From Takakia lepidozioides (taxonomy: Eukaryota > Plantae > Bryophyta), in contig CM060731.1 of the NCBI GenBank assembly GCA_030704615.1, positions 69,502,001 to 69,566,000 of the forward strand: 64,000 bases of DNA, in the 5' to 3' direction. The stretch's first letter is position 1. Every line of letters starts with the position of its first letter. The notes below the pieces were generated by a model. It was not told the origin of the DNA. It did no database searches and worked only from the letters and a program-made list of their open reading frames with translations. The translations under genes were made by a program, and so were the position numbers. Below are positions 11,416 through 23,414 of the stretch, one piece after another.

Positions 11416-11589
11416 TCAGCAAAAGCAAGTCGATCTGCAGATGATATGAAGAACAGTCGGACTTTATATTCCCTCCACAACGCAACAGCTACCTGCCTTG
11501 AAGAGTGCATCTTGGACCTGCAACTGTCACCATGCACAACATTCTTCGTCTTTTTCTTCATAATCAGAGTAGATGGTAGACGCTTCATG

Positions 11590-12430
11590 TTCAACCTAAT
11601 AGTGTCGGTGGCCCATTTCCAAGTTTTGCCATGTCATAAAACAGTTGGGATGAGGTGAAATGTTTATCAATGACTACCACGTGGCCCAGCCTATCACACC
11701 AAATATGTGACTACGTCATACCCTTCACATTTCCCGCCTCACTCATGTAGGGCCTCCACTCTTCCCACAATACACATCAAAATTATCATACACATAAGTC
11801 TTAGCATCTGTCAATGCCCAAATTTTTATGCCGAACTTCAGTGGGTTTCTTTGGCATGTACTATCGTAGAGTCCTTCGATGTTTAATTATTTCAGAGAAA
11901 GTAGGTCCGACACCTGAATTTAAATTTTTCAATTTTTGAACAAGTTGGTTGCATACATTTAAATTACCTCTAGGGAGGTAATTAGGGTATATCCCCTAGA
12001 GGATAACCCCAACGTGGAATTCCTTGTCGGTTCGACATTGAGGTCATTACTTTTCTGAATATTTCAGACAAACAAAATTTGAATTAATAAACGTCGGACA
12101 TTGAAGGACTGTCCAGTATAGAGTTGCATAGTACTTGCATTTGTAACAAATCATTACCTCATTGTGTCACCATCTTCCCAAATTCCGGTGCAACTTCTGA
12201 CTATCCAGTTTTACCGCACCTTCCCAAGTTTGTTCATATACAAAAGGCTACAGTAGACCCGAGGAAAGGTTGATAAGATGTAAGCAATGGATTATGGCCT
12301 CAAATCTGTCCTTGCTCATTACCTTCATAATGACTGGGCAGGCAAATAATATTTCATTGGACTGGCAATAACAGCGAGTATTCGACAACTTCTTCATGTC
12401 CATAAAGAGACAAATACCAGTGTTGGCCGG
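11590..12430 (-). mobile_element. piggyBac (PGBD-like, DDE_Tnp_1_7) transposase relic, split by a MITE
   Basis: Minus-strand pieces in piggyBac order: GICLFMDMKKLSNTRCY...VMSKDRFEAIIHCLHL; NKLGKVR; NEVMICYKCKY; YMPKKPT/KFGIKIWALTDAKTYVYDNFDVYCGK; GHVVVIDKHFTSSQLF. Confidence 0.85.
11859..12120. mobile_element. ~260-bp MITE with imperfect terminal inverted repeats, inserted at TA (Tc1/mariner/Stowaway-type)
   Basis: agtccttcgatgt (11870-11882) and acattgaaggact (12098-12110) are inverted repeats; TA at both edges; removing the element restores the piggyBac motif order; internal hairpin aattacctc-tagg-gaggtaatt. Confidence 0.7.
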
Positions 12431-12487
12431 GTATGGCATATGGACATGCATATCGGGCGGTTATTTGCCATTTATGCACATATGCAC

Positions 12488-13172
12488 AACCGGAAAGTGT
12501 AGCCCCTACAGGAACCGGCAAAAGCCATCGAGCTCCCTAACCGGCTAGAGAACCGACATCGTGATTGTAAGGATGTTATACCCGGAGCAAGATCCGGAGC
12601 AAATGTGGATGTCATAGAGGCGGTTCTAGATAATATAAGTCATGTAGGGGCTGGTGATGGTAGCTAAGAACATTACATATGGACAGATCCTGAGGGGAAT
12701 GTTATGTCTTACTAGTTACAATACATTTACAATGGTTAGGGAGAATGTCCAAGTAGATAGGAAATTAATTAGTTGAGCATTTGGCTAAAATAATAGTTGT
12801 AAGATGTAAGCTTAGGGTATTACAAGGGCAAAGCCCCCAGAGATAGATGATAGGAGTTGAATATTTGAAAATCAGATCCACATGCCAACACACGAGTGGC
12901 TTACCACCACCACCAGGCCCGCAGCCCTCTTGTGTAATTTTAAACACATACACAAAAAGTCGAGAAAAAGTAAAATAATAATAGTGGATGAATCCCATAA
13001 CCGGTACCATGGAACCGGCATTTTTTAAGATGACATAACCGGTAGATTGAGAACCGGACAAAAAAAAAATTCATGTGTTTAATGAGAACAATGTTTTTTA
13101 AACCTATTGGTATACCCTGCCCGGCCATCCATTTTTTCAAAGAGTAGGCTATAACCGGGATCGGAAGAGGGC
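12488..13172. mobile_element. Probable non-autonomous DNA transposon fragment rich in AACCGG motifs
   Basis: Repeated aaccgg/gaaccgg motifs clustered at 12488-12560 and 12998-13160; non-coding; abuts the copia-B polypurine tract. Confidence 0.4.
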
Positions 13173-13174
13173 TC

Positions 13175-16100
13175 AACTCCCTCTCAAACCACAATTATAG
13201 AATTCTAGTTTGGATCTCTAACTTCTTGCAAACTCCTCAGGCCTACTTCAAATCTACACTTCTCAAACTTGAGTCTTCCTAAGATATTAGACTTCTATGT
13301 GTTTAGTTCTAGCATGAAAAACAGGGTTATGCGCTATCTTAATGCAACTTTGATTATCACAGTACATCTGAATAGGCGCCCTTGCGTCTGCAAGACTCAA
13401 TTCTTGAAGCATTCGCTTCAGCCAAACAGACTCCTTGGTGCTATCTGATAATGACCTATATTCAGCCTTTGTCGATGATAAGGCAACAGTTGGTTGACGT
13501 TTACTCAGCCAGCTAATTATGGGTCCTACTCCCAACTTGAAAATTGATCTTCTGTTGTCATAGTTCCCAGCCCAGTCGGAGTCGGAATATCCGTTGATGA
13601 TATTAGAGTCACATCTCAAGTACATGATTCCCAAATCAATTGTTCCTTTGAGGTATCTCAATATGTGCTTCACTACTTCGAGATGCGTTTCCTCAAGCCT
13701 CTCCATGAATCTGCTTGCTACTCCAACTGCATAACTGATGTCGGGTCTAGTATTGGTAAATAAAGAAGCTTCCCCACCATTCTTCGATACATTGTTGCAT
13801 CTACTGCTTCTGTTCCCATATCTGCTGCTAACACGAGTCCCTCTGCCATGGGCGCTTTGCTCGTTCTGCAGTCCTCCATGTTAAATTCTCTCAACGTGTC
13901 CATGATGTAGAGCTTTTGCCCCATGAATATCTTTTTGTCAACATGGGTAAACTCTACCGAGATATCTGCTCAGTTGGCCAAGGCTAGACATTTCAAAGAC
14001 ACTCTCGAGTTGGGTTTGGAGCCAGCTAATCTTGGTAGTATCCCTACCAGTCAACAATAGGTCATCCACATAGAGTGCTAGAATGACTGTTTTGCCATCC
14101 TCATTGAAGAAATAGAGATTACAATCTGATTCACTTCTGTCGAGACCCTGTGCTCTCAAGTAGGTGTCTATCCTCTCATGCCAGGCTCTTGGAGCATGCT
14201 TCAATCCGTACAATGCTCTTCTTAACCTGCAGACCTTTCCTTCTTCTTCTGGCTTGATAAATCCATCAGGTTGCATCATATACACTTTCTCTCTCAACTC
14301 CCCATTTAAAAAAGCGGTCTTCACATCTAATTGATTGATCTCCCATCCCTCATGAGCAGCCATGGCAATAACGGTTCTGATTGTCGCCCATTTTACCACT
14401 GGGGAAAACGTCTCATCATAATTCAAACCCTCAACCTGTTGGAATCCCCTAGCCACAAGCCTTGCCTTTAATTTTTCAGGCTTTCCAATTGATCCCATCT
14501 TTATCTTGTACACCCATTTTGTTGTTATGGGTTGTTTCCCCGAAGGAAGATCTACCAACTCCCACGTTTTGTTTTTAGCGATCGACTCCATTTCAGAGTT
14601 CATAGCTTCTCTCCAGCCTCTATTCACAATCGCTTCTTCAAAGGTTACGGGTTCCTGCTCTTCTATGGACATAATGAAGTCAGTGTACCTCTTTGGTAGA
14701 CATTTCTGTCTTGTTGATTGCCGTGGCACATTCTCCTCAATATTCTCCCTTGAGTGTACTTGTATTTCTCTCGAGATGTTGCCACTATCCAACAAAGAGC
14801 CATCATGCATCAAAGGTGATGTCACTCCTTGCATCGTCTCAATTTCACTGTCAGAAAACCCTTCAGATGCATCGGTGTTTCCATCATTTGACAAAACACG
14901 CTCTTGTATTGTAGCAGGTGATGCAAGAAGCTTAGTTTTCAAGTCATCTTTCATTTCCCCGAAGACAAACTGACTCATTTCTGTCGGTCCTTGTAGTGCA
15001 TCAGCGTCATTTGCCCTAAATCCAAACTGGACTCATTGAATCTGACATCCTTGCTAATTTCAATGATTTTCTTCTTTGAATAGAACAACCTGTATGCTTT
15101 GCTTTGCTCTTCATACCCTACTACAAGGCATCGCTGGGACTTGGATTGAAGTTTATTTCTCTTATTTTTGGCAACATGCATGAATGCCTCACAACCCCAG
15201 ACTCTCAAATGGTCTAGCCGAGGTTTCTCGCCCGTAAGCTTATGGATGGGAGTCGTACCTTGTTTGCATGAGTAGGAAGTCTATTGGCCAAATAGTTTGC
15301 CGCATTCACAGCCTCTGTCCAAAGATAATCTGGGAGTTTGCTGGGTATAAACATGCTCTGAACATTTTCCAACAACGTTCGATTCTTCCTTTCAGAAACT
15401 CCATTTTGGTGAGGAGTATATGCTTGTGTCAACTCCCTCTTAATCCCATGTTCTCTGCAAAAATTGACGAAGGCCGATGATATAAATTCACCTCCACAGT
15501 CTGATCGCAGCGCTACTAGCTTCTCCTTGGTCTGATTTTTGGCAAGTAGCTTAAACTGTTTCAATTTCTCCAAGGTCTCTGACTTCTTCTTGAGAAAAAA
15601 TATCCAAGTGAATCTGCTATAATCATCAGTGAAGGTAGCAAAATACTTAGAATTGCGTAATGATGTTGTTGGCAATGGTCCACATAGGTCAGTGTGAACC
15701 AACTCGAGCGGCCTGTTCGCCCTTCTTGTGCTGATTTTCGGAGCTGACTCTCGGACTTGTCGCCCTGCCATGCAATGTTCATAGGTTTCATCTAGGTCAT
15801 CAAGCGTTGGCAACCCTTCTGCAATATTTTGCTTTTTCAGTAGCTTCATGTTCTGAGAGCCTAAATGCCCCAGCCTTTGATGCCACAACATGACTTCCTT
15901 CTCTCTCGATGACACAACATTTACTTCTATTTGCTGTATATCCATCTTAAAGAGACCATTTCTAGGATCACGAATCCCTTTTGCTACTATCTGTTTGGGC
16001 CCATTTTTGGACATTACTAGACATCTATGCGAATCAAACACAACGATGTGTCCGTTGTCCGCTATAGATCCGACTGACAACAAATTTTTGGTCAGACCCG

Positions 16101-17728
16101 GTACGTAGAGAACCTCGTCAAATCCTTTTCATTCCTGAAGAGGTTACAAATGTGGCTTTGCCTTTGCCTTTCACAGTGTGAGTCTGCCCTCCTGCAGACT
16201 TCACACGTCCATCATTCACAGAGGCCTCAAAATTGTCCAAACTATTTTTCTTTCCCGTCACATGTTTGGATGCCCCTGAGTCAAAGTACCACGGGCTTCC
16301 ATCGTGAGTTTTCTCTATCTCAAGAGAGGCCACTGCCATTTCAAACAGATCAGATCCCTCTTCAATAGATTCCTTGTCTTCATCACTTGATTCAGTTTGC
16401 ACGATGTTTGCAACTTGCTTCCCTTTTGCCTTGGTGCTATAATTTGTTTGATGTGGTTTCTTCCCCATTTCTTTTTGGTTAGTGCACTCACGGGCCCAGT
16501 GACCTGGTTCTCCACAATTGTAGCACTTGTCAAGCCTTGGCTTGGTCGACCTATGCTCATCGTTCATTTTGCATAGCTTCTTAAACTTCATGATCAAGGC
16601 CTCCTCCTCAACCTTCTTGGTTCCCTTCAGCTCCCTCCTAGTTTCTTCGTGATGGATTCGAGTCACAAGCTGGTCAAGTGTATGAAATTAGTCCCTACTA
16701 GAGATGCTTTGTATGAATGACTCATAGCTCTACCTCTCATAGCTCTCAGGTAGAGCATTGAGTATCGCCATGACGATATCTTCATTTGGTATGACATCTC
16801 CCATCGCTAGAAGCTGCTGGTGCAGATACTGCACATTTCTTAGGTAGTCAGATACACTACTACCCTCAGTCACCTTGGCACTATACAACTGATTCCTGAT
16901 CAACAGTCTTCTGGCTGGACTTGCTGAGGCAAACAAATTTTCTAGCTTGTTCCAGACTTGACGGGGATCATCAATCTTAGATATGTATGGTATGATCTCA
17001 TCTTTCACTGAAAGATTAATCATGGCGAGTAGCCTCTGCTTCCTGCGATTTGTGAGCTCCGAGTCATCCTCCGGCTCTGTGTCGGTGACGATATTCCAGA
17101 GATTGTCACGAACGATCAAATTCTTCAATCTGAACCTCCAAGTCTGATAATTGGCTACTCCCGCCAGCTTGTTGACTTCAAAGATAGCTCCCTCACTACC
17201 TCTTGTCATTCTCGACGAGTGTGGAATTTCGAGTGCTTTGAGCGTCGTTCTCCTTGTAGGATTAGTCACCTTTGACTCCTGAACACCACGCTCTTCCACT
17301 GAAATCTCTGAAGTCATGACCGTAGACACTTGTATCTATCTGTAAGCTAAGGATCAAATGGCTGGCTCTGATACCATGTTACAAAACTCAGCAACATAAA
17401 GCTCAAGCTTTACTATAATAGATCTCCACAAGAACGGTAATATGAGACAGTGACTTACAGGTCTTATATCGGTTACCTCACCTACCTATGTTTACAGCAT
17501 GCAGTGTGCTAATAACTCTATCGGCTTAATTTCTATCTACCCAGTTGTCTCTTTCATTGATGACTAACTACTTTACAACAAATCTTGCTGACTCTAGTTC
17601 TATTTGTGTTACATATAACCCTGACTTTATAGTTACAGATCAGGTGGTTTGTTATTCTACAAAGTGCCATTTTGCACTTCTTCAGTGCTCAGCATACATG
17701 ATCGTCCCCCTGCAAATTCACTACAACA
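13175..17728 (-). mobile_element. Second, distinct degenerate Ty1/copia element (copia-B); 3' LTR missing
   Basis: PBS gctctgatacca at 17365-17376; LTR starts at 17377, with the outer end uncertain (~17728 ..ctacaaca, or 17580); gag 16730-17329; CYNCGEPGHWAREC knuckle; WYFDSGAS protease; integrase 15214-16083; RT 13938-14978; RNase H 13287-13706; PPT at 13177-13187. Confidence 0.93.
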
Positions 17729-17870
17729 CAACCGGCCTCCAAAACAAATGAGAAATCGATAGTATAGTGGCCCATCTCATGTTGGCCACTGTTGGCCCAG
17801 GTTCTGGCCAAAATGTCTCTCTGTCTCCTAAGAAAGTAGTCTCATTATACTCATATTGTGATACAGCAAA

Positions 17871-20730
17871 GCTATGGAGTAGGGTGTTGCTTTTCCACCC
17901 TCCATTCACAAACAATGAACATGAGCTAAGATTCATAAAGGCTGGTGCCGTGACCTAGAGGGAAGTTTGGGATGAGGATGTCATACCAAAATTGCAATCA
18001 AAACCTGAGGTCTTGATTGACAAGCATTCAATGTGGTGTCATGAATATATATATCAAGGAACCTGAAAGAGGACAGAGGCCCTGTGAATTTTTGTCCTCC
18101 TAATGACAGTTCCCTGGAGTGCATTAAAAGTCAAGAATGAGCTTCAGGGATGCAAGCTAAAAAAGCATCAATTTAAATGATATCTAACATTGTCAATATA
18201 CAGCCTACTTGGTGAGGCTTGGCCAGAATGGGAAGTGGCGGAGTGAAAAGGTGGCGACGCGCCACCTTCCCTCTTCCAGCTTGTATCCACTATCTTGTGT
18301 GCGTGGGCGTGTCTCAATCTTCTTTCTCTTCTCTTCTTCTTTATGTAGGAGCCCATTAGTGGGTACTGCTACAGCTGGCAACTCCCGAGCTGCAATATGC
18401 TTAGAATTGACCACTCCGTTTGTCATGTCCATGTGATTGATTGTTAGGATCCAAAGTACCCAAGTGAATTTGTTTCTCATTACGGTAGTGATTGATCAGC
18501 GATCGAAATTGACTTGAGATTTCCAGTACAATGTCTCGATCTAGCTCGCAGATCAGTTTTGCAGCTGACAAGTACGCTCATTCTGAGCTCCATGCTAAAC
18601 GGAATACGAACAGGGGAAGGGCGTCTTGCATCACAAAGGAAATACCAGTGCCTGGATTTTCGATCGCCAATATTAGGCGTGCCGAGAAGGCTATGCAGAC
18701 GGAGCCAGGCATTATCCTGGTGTCAGTGATTCAATCCTCCCTCAACATTGTCAAAGTCATTGGGAGCAGAGATGCGGTCGAGAGGATTTCTGTTAAGATC
18801 CAGGAGCTGATCTCTGCCTCTGAGAAAGGTACCGGCAATTGTATACTGAATATTCATTTGCACACCAATGTAAGCGCCCCTGTAGTAAACTTTGCTTAGA
18901 ACTACTACCTAGTGAGCGGCAGGGAAAGCTACTTACGAGAGCCGGTACATCATGGAATGTAAGTACATGCAATCTTGATCAGTCATCTGGATAAATCACG
19001 CACTGAAAGGTAGCGTGTATTCTGTACTCAAGCTTTCAAGGTGAATCCAGAAGCTCAGCATCATCATGATCTTGATTGCTTGTGCACGCACACAACATTT
19101 TCTAAAAGTGCTGTAGCCCACATGTATTCCAGGGAGATCCTATATGCGCCCACGAGGAAGGTTCGAAAATGGCGCTCTCTCTCGCCGACCTCAGGTGCCT
19201 ATACATGAAGAGGTGGTCGAAGTGCCGAGCTTTTGTATAGGCGAAATCATTGGCAGAAAGGGGCGCAATATCAAGCCCCTGCGGCGGGAGCGTGGAATTA
19301 CATCAGTGGTAGTTTTTGGATATCCACAAAATGTGGTGGTGATCAAAGGCTCTGAAAGAGATGCCGTCGAAAGAATCTCTGCTTCGTTGAAGCAAAAGGT
19401 GGATGCATTCCTTGACTTCACTGTGACTTGCTTCAGTGATTCCTTGTCACGACCCTCTGGCCCCCCGTCTAATGTGATGATAAAGCTTCAACTGTCTTCT
19501 GGAAGTACACGAGGGTTATCTAGGAATAATGGGAGAGCTTTTGCGTTCCAGGAGATCACGTTCTTCTTTCACAGCTCGATCTGGTTCGCTGCTCAATCTA
19601 CACAACCTCGAGATCCTGCTATTAACCGCGGGCCTATAGTAACCTTTACTGCGCCAGACTGGAAGAAGGCTAACTATGGAAGTGTGCTTCGACAGTGTCT
19701 GATCTCGGCAACGACCACTGGACTACAGACAGATCAGTCTCAACAGCGTGGGGGTGTTGATGTTAGGGTGGTAATGGGCGTTGGCAAGTGCTTCTTCCAG
19801 TGTGAAGGTAACATTTTACAGCCTGAAAACGATATGGGGAGGAACGTGGTATTAACAGTTCCCGAGCTGAACAATCTCTTTCTACAACAACGCTTACGGC
19901 ATCAGTTCAAATCTCTAAACCCAGACATATTTGACAAGATGCATCAACGTCTGAACAGTGGAGGAACTTACGTGAATTCAGGGATAGCTCGCACAATCTC
20001 CATCTCCTTTGTAGACAATGACAGAAAACAGAGGTACCGCATCTCCTTCCCTTGGCCTAGATATACTCTAGTGAACTCAAGAAATATCAGAGATGAGAAT
20101 CACGTTGGCACTTCCGGACCTTCTCCGCCATTCTCAAATTCCAGTTCAGATGAAGCTCAGGACAGAGCACTGAGAGAGCTGTTGTTAAATAGCAAGTTTG
20201 AGATAATCAAGAAGAACCACGGATTTGTATGGTTTCTCCGCGAAGGCAACAACAGCAGCGATTTCAGATTGACAATCGAAAGCGGCGCCCGACAGGGAGC
20301 AGGCACTTTGCGGCCTGACAAAGAAGTACTGGATTGGATAGAAGAGGCATACGGAAACAAGACTACAAGTGGATATCTTGCGTTCCCCAATCATCCTCGA
20401 TTTGTATGTCTTGTCACTCGCTACAAGGAGGTAGAGACATACGCCAACACAGATTTCAAAGTGAGCATCAAGAAGGTGATCGGGGCATCAGGTTCCCACC
20501 ACCCATCCTCTAAATGGGAGGCAACCGTCCAGAGCTGGCGAGTGAGGAGATCACTGTGCATGAGAGAGACGGAATTGGTGGCCGCTGATGTGGACATGAT
20601 TATGCCCCACATCGATGCCCTCGTTGCAGAGGCAACCAAGCTCACGCGCATCAAACCCTTCCATCGTACTAATCGTTCGGACTTGCACATTCCAGGGACA
20701 ATTTCTCGTGCACGACATCATAACAAAGCT
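17871..20730 (+). repeat. Segmental duplication, copy 2
   Basis: High identity to 8727-~11415, with indels including a longer intron and a 105-nt in-frame deletion. Confidence 0.93.
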
Positions 20731-20748
20731 CATTACGCTCGCCGATGA
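18531..20748 (+). CDS. Tandem-KH / putative CYTH-like protein, copy 2; exons 18531-18828 and 19133-20748, ~637 aa; KH1 GxxG loop deleted
   Basis: Both exons are open with phase-1 splice sites conserved; KH2 IIGRKG is intact; KH1 reads SIANIRRAEKAMQ. Confidence 0.78.
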
Positions 20749-23414
20749 ACTCTTGAGAGAGACAATTTGGGAAAGAACTTGGTATCATGCGTGAGGCCTA
20801 TCATAGGTTAACATGTTTACAGAGACCAAGTTAAATGCATAGTTCAAGGTGTGACCTTCTATCACAAGAGTAAATATCTTTGCTTACAGTCCTCCCTTCC
20901 CCTTGAGTTGCTCATTGTCTGTTGTATTGTACCTGACAAGGAGCTATTGCTCCAAGGGAGTGATAGCCTGACTGTGTCATACTCTGGCTATTCACATGAA
21001 CCTTGCAATTGGAAGGTTCATGTTCTACATTAGAAGATCCATATGCTACTTGTGAATCAAAGATGAAGTGGTGTTGGGATGCAATTCAAGGTAATATTAT
21101 GCCAGAGGGTGGCACAGAAATTCAAAGAGAAAATGAGCACCTCAACTCCAGTCAGACCCAATTCGGCAAAGATACCATACATCAACCTGAGACACATCAA
21201 CAAGGTGCCACAGTTTGATGTCCCTGGTTGTACATCTTAACCAACATTTCGAAGGGTTTTCCACTGCTGAGATGTTTTTGATGAATGTTCTCATAATCCA
21301 ATCCGTATATTCCATATATTTTCTTTGAAATCTAGTCAGGAATTCCTGGACAGAATTTGCAAGTACATTTTCTGGAATTTCGAAGTAAGAATTAGAAAGT
21401 GCAAGGCAGGAGAACTGAAATGGATTACACAGTGGAGGAGCTCGGCCACTGTGGTTTCCAACCTGTCAGGCTCCCATCAAAATCCACCTCAGCCTCCCCA
21501 CCTTGGTAGAAATTTCTGGAGCCTTGAGTGCTTCCACATTCCGTAATCATATCCTTTTATCAGGTGTGCACTGTGTATCTTCTTGGGGCAATGAAAGAAT
21601 GCAGTGCAGCCATGCTCTTGGTAATCAGTGCTTCCATCCAGAGCATATCCATGGCAGAGACGACATTGCAGCTTTATAAGCAGTTTCTTCAAGATGCTGC
21701 CACATGCTGTAGGATGTGTCGTTGTATGATTGTTGTAGCAGCAAGCTTTCAGCTATTCTGACTGCAAGCCCCATAGGTCTTCAACAGCTGTCTCCCACTC
21801 TGCCCAGAACATTTCATTTCATACACTGCAACCAACACATTCAAAGCATGAAATTACTTGAGCAAACATATACAGAACCTCACAAAGTAGAAGACCTTAA
21901 GAGCAACCACAATAATACAACTGAGCTCCAGCTACAATATTACATGATAACCCCCCTTAGCCATCTAAGGCTGTGTCACATGCTGATACATTAGGTCTGA
22001 TCAAACTAGGGTGCCAACAAGTCTCTCCGTCGGACACTCAGTGGCATTTTTCTCACATATAGAAGTCCAAGAGCTAGACACTTCATATCCAACTAGATTC
22101 ACTAGCAATCATTGCATACATCTGGATTTAGGGTGCACATGTGGCAAACTAGAGTCTCATGATACCACAATATGGATCACTCTTAAGATCAGCCCAGATT
22201 GCCCTGCATGAGGTGCAGGGATCCTGAAAAAACCTTAGTGTCTCCAGATAAACTCCAGGAAGGAGAACCAGAGCATGAAAACCAGAGCTTCCGACAACTA
22301 ATCTGATTCATGCCCCACGACCTTCACTCATTTTACACAACCATTAGCAAACATGACAACTGCATTCTAGAAGTTTAACTGAGAGTAGAACTTACAACAA
22401 TATCCAGCCATTGTGAAGGGGATGCCATGAAAATTACTAGACAGAAGCCAACCATCAAGTGGCTATTTCCTACTCAGATCGGGCTCGCTTGTGCATCTGC
22501 CACCAACCTCCCAAGGAACTTCATTTTTCAAATAGAATGCTCGGAGCTCCTGATTCTCTTGTCAGAGGGAGGAAAGCCACAGGAAAATACTGCCACACAA
22601 AAGCACAGACATGAAAGGTAATCAGTGCCCCCCATGCCTCTTAGTATCTCACCCTAATTAATTCCAAGTAAATGGTATGCTTCCTGGAGAAACTTTTGAA
22701 AATCCCAGACCAGCTCCACACCAAAGGGGGTGTCCCCCTTTTTAACCTCACAAACAGCTCTTCTCCCTTTTCTGTTTCCAGACAGGCATGGCGCCTGTGG
22801 CACCAGGAAACAGCAAGTAGAAACTGATCAGTAGAGCGACTGCCAGGAAACCAGTTTTGAAGGATTACATTCCCCCTGAAACCCTCAATCCTATGTGGTG
22901 ATGAAGAGTTGAAATGTGCAGAATCTGACGACATGACTAGCAGGTTACACTTTGTCATACACATCTACTCTGGCATCGAGTCAGAAGCCAGGTTCCCTCA
23001 GCTGGTCGATGCCTGATTTCAGATGCCTGAACAAAGACAGCCCAAAGCCATATCGCTACAACCATCCAAGAGAAGGGAGCAATGAAACCTGAGAATCTGC
23101 TGTGCAAGCTTCAGATTACTAAATTTCACATCACTGGGACCACATGAACACAGGGCAACTACGACCCCGCTTCGTACCAGGGTTGGTTAAATGCCATGAG
23201 TGGCTTCACAAGGGTACTATCTCGCAGGGACTCAACCTGAAGGGAACAACATTGCCAATGTCCATAAGAAAACGTCAAATGTGGTGGATGACTGGACCTC
23301 TACCTCACTTTACTGAATGCTCCAAGTGCTTGGTGTAGGACATCAATGTTATGCTCAAAACATGTTCATGATGAAAATGAAGCCCGACTACATACCTCTC
23401 TGCCCCAGCAGGCC

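Noticed and set aside
20800-23400. Short ORFs between KH copy 2 and the oxidoreductase
   Set aside because: No recognisable motifs or consistent exon chain.
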